In this document: positions 28,632 to 38,000 of the stretch, piece by piece
Position numbering within the stretch: position 1 is the stretch's first letter
Layout of the letters: every line of letters begins with the position of its first letter
Source of the DNA: an uncultured Verrucomicrobiae bacterium
GTDB taxonomy: Bacteria > Verrucomicrobiota > Verrucomicrobiia > Limisphaerales > Palsa-1400
Length of the DNA: 64,000 nt
NCBI GenBank assembly: GCA_963764165.1
Contig: CAVXRD010000002.1
Coordinates: 224,001 to 288,000, forward strand
Direction: 5' to 3'
Program-made: the position numbers and the translations under genes
Notes under the pieces: generated by a model
Told to the model about the DNA's origin: nothing
Seen by the model: only the letters and a program-made list of their open reading frames with translations
Databases searched by the model: none

Positions 28632-31600
28632 TCAATCACGAGGCACCAGGCAGGTTTTCGCCAGTCGATCGTGAAGGCCGCGTTCCGGGAGGAGCGCAGC
28701 CCACATCACAGCGGCTGTTCCCACGATAATTGCGCCCGCCAATAATGCTTCCTGCCCCAGCGACTCCAAGCTTCCGACATTGAGCAGCGCCACAACCAGC
28801 GGCCCTGACGCGAGCGCCGGAAGCCAGGCAATAAAAGAGCGAAGGAGCATGCGGCGCCGGGAGGCCTCTGCGCCGTCCTGCCGGACGATGGCCACTCCAA
28901 GCGTCCGAATCAGGATTCCGCCACGAAAGAGGCATGCGGCAAAGCTGGCGCCCGCGCAAAAAACCAAGCCGAAGTAGACGACCGCCAGCGCCACGAGAAC
29001 CGGGTGCGGCACGTTGATGTCAAAATGATTCTCATCCTCCACGAGCTTCCCTTTCAGCATGGGCTCGACAACCTTCGCCGCTTCCTTGAACTCTTCCTCG
29101 CTGGGAGCGGGACGCTTCGCGATCAAGTCCATGGCGGCCTTTCGCTGATTTTCTGGCAGCGAGAAGTTTGATGGCGCCGTTTAAAGCGGTAACATTGGTG
29201 ACCGTCCCGCGGAAACGCCCGGCGATGTAAGTCTCCATCGCCTCGCAGGCGCGGGCATCCGCCCCGAAACGCGAACCGTCAACAACAATTCCGTTTGCCT
29301 GATTGAAGCAAGGCGCCAGGTCCACCGGCGTCGCGGGAGGTTCCAGGGTCATGGCAAGAATCTCGACGCTCGCGTTTTTCGGCAAAGTAATGCTTTCCGG
29401 TGTTTGCTTGGCGGCAAGCGGCACCGTGTAACCGTACAAACAGGCTTTGCAGTTGGTTTGCCCGCCATCGCCGTCCTGGAAATGGGTCAAGTCAACTACA
29501 TGATTCTCTCCGCGGTATTCTTCCGGGTCCCGCCAATCGCTGAACTCCTGCACATGGAATAATTTCTTCCCGTCGGTGTATTTGATGTGGAGGAGCTGCT
29601 TGCGCTGATGTCCCTGCACGGCCGCGCCCACCAAAGTGAGGTTTGTGAAATTCCCGGGGGGCAGCGGGATCGTTTGCCCGACGGACGCGACCACATCCGG
29701 CGCATTGGGCGGCCCAAATTTAAACGGGATGCCGCTCCATGTCATCGACGCCCCGACCGCGCTTGCGGGCACGGCGTGCCCGGAGCCATCAAATCCGCCG
29801 GCGGGCGAAGAGTTTGTTCGCAGCGAGGCCAGTTCTGTCAAACATCCGCCAAGAGCGTCAAGTTCTGTCGCTTGAGTGCGCGCGCCATAAGCCTTCGCCA
29901 CATAGAACCCGATGCAGACCACCATGCCAACGAATAACGGCAGGGCGCAGCAGGCAGCCATCAACGAGAAACGGCGCCGCCGAGAGACGGTGGCGAGATT
30001 GTTGAGAAGCGGCCTGAGATGTTCGACCAGCAAACTGGGGTTGATCGCGGTTTGCAGCTCCCGCAAAATGTCGTGGGCATGCAACGGAAGCGGAACCGCC
30101 ACCGAGGCAGGCCGGGCCTCCGCTGCCGCCACCGTGCGCCCTTCCAACGCGGAAACCACCACTTGGTTGAGAAATAAATCAGGGCTTGTGTTGGTGCCGG
30201 CATGAGGGTTTTGCGATGGCGATTCACAACCCGGCGCGGGAAAATCCAGCAGTTTGGCCCGGCCATCGGCGGTGATCCAAACGTGACCCAGAGCCAGGAT
30301 TTCGGGCGATGACTGGCTCTTTTGCCCGAGGTCAATTTCTTCGGCCAAGTCCAGAAGCCAGAAACGAACCCGGCTCCACGGTTGCCGCTGGGTGATCAAC
30401 GCCATCAAAGGTTTTCCTGGCACTGCTTCGTAAGCGTCCCAATGCTCTCCGGCAGCGTGCCTCCCGTTCAACCACCGCAAGCGCCCCACGCGGCCGAGGT
30501 TCCGCAAAGAGGCAGGAATGGGCGGCGCGCCTGGAGGCAATTTGCGTATCCAAACTTTCCTGTTCAGCCGTGGATCAAATCCAAGCAGCACCTCGTCAGA
30601 GTCGCATTTTCGGAGCGTCTCAAGAACTTGATACGGTCCCATCTGCGGCGCGGAGGGAAGCGCACCCGTCTCTTCCTTCGCGGATTCCAAGCCGGGACGA
30701 GCTTCCTGATACGACTGCCGGATGACGCGCGTGCCAGTCAGCAAGTCCTGCACCGCGGCGTAACCATTACGCCGCCGCGTCGTCGCAAAAAAGAGGCCTA
30801 GAATAATATATTGCGTGCCCGAAAAGCCGCCGAGGGCGATTGAGTTTCCGACCGTCTGCGGATGGTGTGAGAATGAGAGCCAGGTGAAGAGCCAGGTTGG
30901 CAGAACCGGCACCCATCGAACCAGCATGGCCCGCGCGGCGGCCCGCGGAATGCCGGGCAAACCACGATTGACCCCCACCACGCGAAGCCGGCAAATTCGT
31001 TTGCCCAGCGACGCGCCCCACAACCCTTCAAAAAGCGCAAAGTAAGCCACGGCCAGAGTTTCGGCAACGACTCCCAGCAAGAGTTGCCTGCTGCCGAACG
31101 GATTGGCCTGCGCGGAGACCGCCAATCGCTTCCCGAACGGCGCTGCCAGCGACGTAAAGATAATGCTGACCAAGGCCAGATCAATGCACCCCGCCGCAAA
31201 ACGCAGGCTGATAGTCGCGGGCGATGGCGCCGCGGAGCTGTATGGCATCAACGCGCTCCGAAAATCAGAATAGCTCTTGAAGCGTTTGCCGGGCTGTTTC
31301 TCGAGGCAGCGCAGGACGGTGCGGCAAAGTCCGCGCGGAAGTCCCTGGCGGAATTTGGCGGGGGATTCGGGTGGCCGCTCCAGCACCGTCGTGAGCATGC
31401 GCACCAGGTCATCGCCTTCGAATGGCGTGCGGCCCGTGAGCAGATAATAGAGTGTAACACCGACGGCGTAGATATCTCCTTGAATCGTGAATTCGTCCCC
31501 GCGCAATTGTTCGGGCGACGAAAATGCCGGCGTTCCCACAAACGAACCGGCCATCGTCAGCTTAGTGTCGTTATTACCGGAGGTTGAAACGGAAAGTCCG

Positions 31601-32244
31601 AAGTCGCCGACCTTGACGGTGCCGTCAGATTCGACAAAGCAGTTCGACGGTTTGACATCGCGGTGCAATACACCTACCGCCGCCGCCGCCTCCAAGCCCG
31701 CGATCACTTGCAGAATCGCGTCGACGGCGCGGGCGGTGGGCATGGGGCCGTGGTCAGCGACGCTCTCATCAAGCGTGCCGCCGCTGACGAGTTCCATGGC
31801 GATGACCGGCTGGCCATCGATTTCATCCGTGCCGAAGACATAGACCGTGTTGGGATGGCTGACCGAAGCGGCAAGCCGGCCTTCGCGAAGAAAGCGCTTC
31901 CGCGCCTCCGGCGAGTTGAGCGCATGACTCAGGACCTTCAGCGCGATGCGGCGGCCGCTTTCGACTTCCTCCGCCTCATACACCGCACCCATGCCACCCT
32001 GACCCAGCGCCCTGATGATTCGGTAACCGGCCAGGTCGGGTTGGGAGGCGGCGGCGAAGGGGGAGCCGGGCGCGGTGTGGGATCTGGGCAACACGGCGCC
32101 AGCGGGGATGGCAATCGTCCTGGTGCCTGTTGAGCCGGGCCGGGCCTGTTGACTGCCGGCAGCGAGACAGTTCGGGCAAAGATCGCCGGTCGTGTCGGCT
32201 GGCAACCAGACCCCGCATCCTTTGCATGGCAGCTTGGTTTCCAT
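28632..32244 (-). CDS. Membrane Ser/Thr protein kinase with RDD domain, pseudokinase, extracytoplasmic beta-sandwich and second RDD; apparent +1 frameshift at ~29168
   Basis: CxxC..CxxC N-terminus, GQGGMG, HRDVKPSN, DFG, SPEQ; RDD (RFAAGCID...SLGKR); ORF 28632-29132 (TLG..IVRQDG, RGLHDRLAKT) joins as GAI|NFSLPENQRKAAMDL if one A of AAA is removed. Confidence 0.82.
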
Positions 32245-32419
32245 CGAACACCGCTTTTCTAACCATGCTCCGGGGGATACGCAATTGTATTCGTGAGGGA
32301 GGACTTTGGCGCATTGATTTGAAAACAGAAAACCTGCCCGACATTTTTCAGCACGACTTTTGGGGGAAAAACGCGGGAAAAATGAATCGGGGCTCAAATC
32401 CAGCCGGAATTCAACAAAG

Positions 32420-32755
32420 TCATGGGTTGGCGCGGTATTTCAGGACGAAGACATCTTCGATCGTCACCAAGCCGTCCTGCACGGTTTCGTCCAGGAAGGG
32501 GATGATCTTTTTGACGCTTTCTTCGCTGTCAACAATTTCAATGATGATCGGCAAATCCATCGAAAGGCGAAGGATCTTGGAGGTGTGCAAATGACTTTTG
32601 GCCCCAAAGCCCATCGGGCCGCGCAGAACGGTCGCGCCCGCGAGACCGAGTTCCCGCGCTTTCAGAACGATGGCTTCGTAAAGGGACTGATGCCCAAACT
32701 TGTCGCTTTCACCAATGTAGATGCGCAGCAATTTGCCGTTTTCGGGAATTTTCAC
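32420..32755 (-). CDS. DUF190 family (PII-like) protein
   Basis: LLRIYIGESD, LAGATVLRG..GFG, DLPIIIEIVD; typical crcB partner. Confidence 0.92.
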   Translation of the reverse strand: MKIPENGKLLRIYIGESDKFGHQSLYEAIVLKARELGLAGATVLRGPMGFGAKSHLHTSKILRLSMDLPIIIEIVDSEESVKKIIPFLDETVQDGLVTIEDVFVLKYRANP

Positions 32756-32766
32756 ATTACGTCACG

Positions 32767-33171
32767 TCACTTATTGAGCATCTGGCCGAGGATGAATCCC
32801 AGCCAAACCGCCACAAGACAAGCTGCCACAGAAATGAGCACGTTGCCACCCGCCCACAGCCATTGGCGCGAGTGCGCCAGCCTGAGGGTCTGCATGCTGA
32901 AGGATGAAAAAGTGGTGTAACCGCCGCATATGCCAAACATGCAAAACTCAGTGACAAAACTGCGCGAGGTATTCAAACGGCCTTCGGCCAATGTGAGCGC
33001 CATGAATATGCCGATCACGAACGAGCCGGTGATATTAATGACAATCGTGCCCCAAGGGAATGTTTCGCCCACGCGTTGCCCGACGAATTGCGAAACCCAA
33101 AACCGGCTCATGCCGCCAATCGCGCTTCCGACGGCCACCCAAAAATATGATTTCACCAGTTCCCAAGTCAT
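32767..33171 (-). CDS. crcB: Fluoride channel CrcB/FluC
   Basis: GSAIGGMSR, FPWGTIVINITGSF, GICGGYTTFSSF. Confidence 0.96.
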   Translation of the reverse strand: MTWELVKSYFWVAVGSAIGGMSRFWVSQFVGQRVGETFPWGTIVINITGSFVIGIFMALTLAEGRLNTSRSFVTEFCMFGICGGYTTFSSFSMQTLRLAHSRQWLWAGGNVLISVAACLVAVWLGFILGQMLNK

Positions 33172-33199
33172 ATTTGCCCTGCTCCTTCCCGCTGGCCCT

Positions 33200-34141
33200 T
33201 CATGCCGCGACTCCGTGCGGCCCCTGGCCGCCGTTGATGAGGAAGAGCACGGCCATGCGAACGGCCAGACCGTTCGTCACCTGGTTCAAAATCATCGAGC
33301 GTTTGCTGTCGGCGATGTCGCTGTCAATCTCCACCCCGCGATTAATCGGGCCGGGGTGCATGATGAGCGCTTCCGGTTTCAACTGCGCCAAGCGGGCCTG
33401 TGTCAGGCCGAACAGGCTCGTGTATTCGTTGAGGCTCGGGAACATGGTCTTGCGCTGGCGCTCGTGCTGGATGCGCAGGAGGTTGATGATGTCGGCATTC
33501 TCGATGGCTTCGTTGACATTATATGTGACACGGCAGCCCATCTTTTCAAACTCCTTCGGCACCAGCGTGGAGGGGCCGCACAAGGTCACGTTCGCGCCGA
33601 GCTTGGTCATAGCCCAGATGTTGGAGCGGGCCACGCGGCTGTAAAGTATATCGCCGAGAATCGTGACGTTGAGGCCTTCGATCTTGCCCTTCATTTCGCG
33701 GATGGTGAAGGCGTCGAGCAAAGCCTGGGTTGGATGCTCGTGGGCGCCGTCGCCGGCGTTGATGACGCTGGCTTTGAGAAAGCGAGAGAGAAAATGCGCC
33801 GCGCCGCTGGCGCTGTGCCGGATGACGATGATGTCGGCATTGAGCGCCTCGAGATTTCTGGCGGTGTCCTTGAGGGTCTCGCCTTTTTTCAACGACGAGG
33901 CTTCGGCGGAGAAATTGATGACGTCGGCGGTGAGGCGCTGGGCGGCCAGCTCGAAACTGATGCGGGTGCGGGTGGATGGTTCGATGAACAAATTGACGAC
34001 GGTCTTGCCCCGCAGGGCCGGGACTTTCTTAATGGCACGCTCGCCGACGGCCTTGAAGGCGCGGGCGGTGTCGAGGACGGTCAGGATTTCCTCGGCCGAG
34101 AGGGATTCGATGTCAAGCAAATGGGACCGGTTCCAAACCAT
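33200..34141 (-). CDS. pyrB: Aspartate carbamoyltransferase catalytic subunit
   Basis: [42 protein letters not shown]. Confidence 0.98.
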   Translation of the reverse strand: MVWNRSHLLDIESLSAEEILTVLDTARAFKAVGERAIKKVPALRGKTVVNLFIEPSTRTRISFELAAQRLTADVINFSAEASSLKKGETLKDTARNLEALNADIIVIRHSASGAAHFLSRFLKASVINAGDGAHEHPTQALLDAFTIREMKGKIEGLNVTILGDILYSRVARSNIWAMTKLGANVTLCGPSTLVPKEFEKMGCRVTYNVNEAIENADIINLLRIQHERQRKTMFPSLNEYTSLFGLTQARLAQLKPEALIMHPGPINRGVEIDSDIADSKRSMILNQVTNGLAVRMAVLFLINGGQGPHGVAA

Positions 34142-34677
34142 TATGTTTTCTCCAAAGTCACTTCATCCGCCCCGCCCTCCTCCTGGAAGCGCACGTTGAC
34201 GCGTTCGCGCGAGGAGGTCGGAACATTTTTGCCGACGAAGTCCGCTTTAATCGGCAGCTCACGATGCCCGCGATCAATCAAAACAGCGAGTTGAATCCGC
34301 TGCGGGCGGCCAAAATCGTTGAGGGCATCGAGGGCCGCGCGGGCGGTGCGGCCGCTGAACAGGACGTCATCAACAAGAATTACAGTTTTGCCGACGATGT
34401 TCACCGGAATGATGGTGGGTTGTATATTTAGGTTTGACGCAGTTTGGTCGAGATCATCGCGGTGCATGCTTACGTCCAGTTTTCCCACCGGCACGGCGTG
34501 GTTCCAGATGCCCGCGAGGATGGACGCCAGGCGTTTGGCCAGGAACACGCCGCCGCGCTCAATGCCTATAAGGACGACTTCGACGCTGTTTTCGTTGCGC
34601 TCGGCAATTTCGTGGGCGATGCGGGTCAACACCCGCTTCATGGCGGCGCCGTTAAGGACAATGTTGGAAGTCGGCAT
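34141..34677 (-). CDS. pyrR: Bifunctional pyr operon attenuator / uracil phosphoribosyltransferase
   Basis: [41 protein letters not shown]. Confidence 0.97.
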   Translation of the reverse strand: MPTSNIVLNGAAMKRVLTRIAHEIAERNENSVEVVLIGIERGGVFLAKRLASILAGIWNHAVPVGKLDVSMHRDDLDQTASNLNIQPTIIPVNIVGKTVILVDDVLFSGRTARAALDALNDFGRPQRIQLAVLIDRGHRELPIKADFVGKNVPTSSRERVNVRFQEEGGADEVTLEKT

Positions 34678-34738
34678 AAAAATGCTGTGGCTCGCTCTCG
34701 TTGTTAGAGCGATTCGATGCGCAGATTCGAAATTTCAT

Positions 34739-34774
34739 CGCCTTGGCGACCTCACAGGATCGCATTAAAAGCCG
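34739..34774 (-). promoter_or_regulatory. PyrR-binding leader element
   Basis: Minus strand GGCTTTTAATGCGATCCTGTGAGGTCGCCAAGGCG has the UUUAA internal loop and UCCNGNGAGG terminal loop of PyrR sites, ~60 nt upstream of pyrR. Confidence 0.8.
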
Positions 34775-35018
34775 TCGTCCCCAACGGAACCAGTTCCGCC
34801 CGGCAGAGCGTTCGGACGCAGGTATTTTGGAGGCGCCTCGCATATTGGCAAGTGGATTCTGAATTCAGCGGCAATCGTCGATTCCCCGCCCAAAGCATCA
34901 GGGAATGTCCTAAAAATGAGAGCAGTTGTCTCAAGACGGCATAGCCAGTCAACCAAAGTCGGATAGGGTTGTAGCAATGTCACAACGCATTCAAGCGGCG
35001 GGTAAATTGTCTCTAAAT

Positions 35019-38000
35019 ATGAAATTGCTTCCCAAACAAATGGGCGTTTGCCTCTTGGCCGCGCTCGCGGTTTTATCTTTTCAATTTCGCGCCGCCGCGG
35101 TTCCGAAGCCCATCGGCACCGTCTCCGGCTCGGTGGTGAATAGTTGCGCCGGCAGCGGCAATCTTACTGGCGACGCCGGGATTGCCGGAATCTCTGTTTC
35201 TCTTTCGAGCTCAACGGTGGCCACCGTGACGACGACGACGGCTGCCAATGGCAGCTTCAGCTTCACCAATGTCGTAGCCGGCGCCTATGTTCTAACGGTT
35301 AATCCACCTGCGCAGTATGTGGAAACCTATCCGGCTGGTGTGACAAATAATAAGGTTCAAGTGTCGGTGACGCCGGGTCAGACAACCACCACCAACTTTG
35401 GTTATGCATTCAGCAGCCCGCCGACGATCATCTATACTCCGCCTGTGACGTCGAGCATCGCCCTCGGTTCCCAGGCGGAGTGCACCGCCACCGAAAGCCA
35501 ATGGGCTGGCGCTCCTTCCGGGAACGATGCCGGAGCCGTGCTGGCTTCCAACTTTCCGACCGTCTTTCCAAGCGGCGTTACCATCGGATATGCAGGCGGT
35601 TTTACAGTAAATTTGACCTCGGTCCCGGCCGTGGACGCGTTTCTTTCCTCAGCATCGGGCCCTCCCGGGACCTTGAGCGCCAGCGCAGTTAATCCCGCCT
35701 CCACCAGCGCCGGAGACTTTGCCGGCGAGGTGCTGGCCCTGCAATTGAGCGTCGGTTTTTCGGGTGCGGGTGTTTTTGGCACCGGCACGACTCTCAGCAA
35801 TCTGGTCTATTACAATCCCTCTTCCCCTCTCAATGGATATGGTCTCGGTCAGATCCTGAACATCGCCAACATCGGATTGGGCGGCGGCAACCTCGCGCCT
35901 TATGGCGTTTCCATCGACGATTTGGAAACGCTCCTTTTGACCCTCAACAGCGCCCTCACGAATTGCACTGCCGACGCATTTGCCGCCAGCTCGCTACTGA
36001 TCCCCGTCAGCGCCTCGGATGTCACCGACTCGATCATCTCCAACGCGGTTACGCTGGTGGAAGCCAGCGGCGGCGCCAGCTTTACGGTCAGCCACACGGA
36101 CACTGGGACCTGTGGCCAGATTCGCACCTTCACCATCCAGGCGATGAACACTTGCGGTTACGAGTCTTCCAGCAACGTGGTCTTCGCCCTCGGCGGCAAC
36201 CTGGCCGCGCCGGTGATTAGCGGCGTCCCTGCCGGCGGGTTTCTGGGCTGTGTTGGCGCGGGCCAATTCCCCGCAGGACTTCCCACCGAAAGCGCCATCT
36301 ATGGCGAGGTCAGCGCCACGGGGCTTTCGGGATCGCCCATCATCGTCGTCACCTTGCAGGACACGGTCAATGGTTGCTCCGGCTCCCGTACTTTTACCGT
36401 CACCGTCAGCGATATTTGCGGCAACCTGGCCAGCAAGCAGACAATTTATACTTGGGACATTTTGAGTGGCATCCCCACATTCGGCGGCCTGCCTGCCGCC
36501 GCCACCAATTATTCATGCTACGCGCAAGTGCCGCCCGCCGCGCAGGTCACCGCCACTGACGCCTGCGGTCAAAGTTTGACAGTGAATTACTCCTCCACCG
36601 AGACCGCCCCCGATTCCTCATGCAACGACACCATCACCCGCACTTGGATCACGGCGGATTGCGCCGGCCAAACCGCCTCCTTCCAGCAAGTCATCACTGT
36701 CAAGAATCTTATCCCGCCGACGATGACGGCAGGGACGATCGCCAGTTGCTACAGCAGCGTCGAGGAAGCGACCAACGCCGCCCTGCTGGCCACCAGCGCC
36801 AGCGCCTCCTGCGCAGGAACCGTCGTGCTGACGGTGTCAACGAATGGAACGAATTGCCCGGCCACCATCACCGTCACCGCCACCGACGGATGCGGCAATT
36901 TCACCAACGTGACCTACACCACCGCAATTTTGTTGACGGCGCCGACTTTTGAAAACCCGCCTGCCAACGCGACCTACAGTTGTTACTCCGACGTGCCAGC
37001 CATGCAGCCGTTGACGGCCATGGACGCCTGCGGGACGACTTGGTCTGTAACGGGAACTTCAGTGGAGACCGCCCCCGGTTCCTCGTGCAACGACACCATT
37101 ACCCGCACCTGGACAGCCACCGACTGCGCCGGACAAACCACCAAGATCCAACAAATCATCACGGTCAAGAACCTCATCCCGCCGACGATGACGGCAGGGA
37201 CGATCGCCAGTTGCTACGCCAGCGTGGAGGAAGCCACCAACGCAGCCGTGCAAGCCACCAGCGCCAGCGCCTCCTGCGCAGGCACGGTCGTCCTGACGGT
37301 GTCAACGAATGGAACGAATTGCCCGGCCACCATCACCGTCACCGCCACCGACGGATGCGGCAATTCCACCAACGTCACCTACACGACAGCAATTTTGCTG
37401 ACGGCGCCAACCTTCGAAAACCCGCCTGCCAACGTGACCTATAGCTGTTACTCCGACTTGCCAGCCATGCAGCCGTTGACGGCCATGGACGCCTGCGGAA
37501 CGACGTGGTCTGTCACTGGAACCTCAGTTGAGACAGCACCGGGTTCCTCATGCAACGACACCATCACCCGCACTTGGACTGCAACTGACTGCGCCGGACA
37601 AACCACCAAGGTCCAACAAATCATCACGGTCAAGAACCTCATCCCGCCGACGATGACGGCAGGGACGATCGCCAGTTGCTACGCCAGCGTGGAGGAAGCC
37701 ACCAACGCAGCCGTGCAAGCCACCAGCGCCAGCGCCTCCTGCGCGGGCACGGTCGTGCTGACGGTGTCAACGAATGGAACGAACTGCCCGGCCACGATCA
37801 CCGTCACCGCCACCGACGGATGCGGCAATTCCACCAACGTCACCTACACGACAGCAATTTTGCTGACGGCCCCGACTTTTGAAAACCCGCCTGCCAACGC
37901 GACCTATAGTTGTTACTCCGACGTGCCAGCCATGCAGCCGTTGACGGCGGTGGACGCCTGCGGGACGGTCTGGTCAGTGACTGGAACTTCAGTTGAGACC

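Noticed and set aside
33172..33199. Fluoride riboswitch upstream of crcB
   Set aside because: Only 28 bp of intergenic sequence and no GGCGAUGG...CGCC motif
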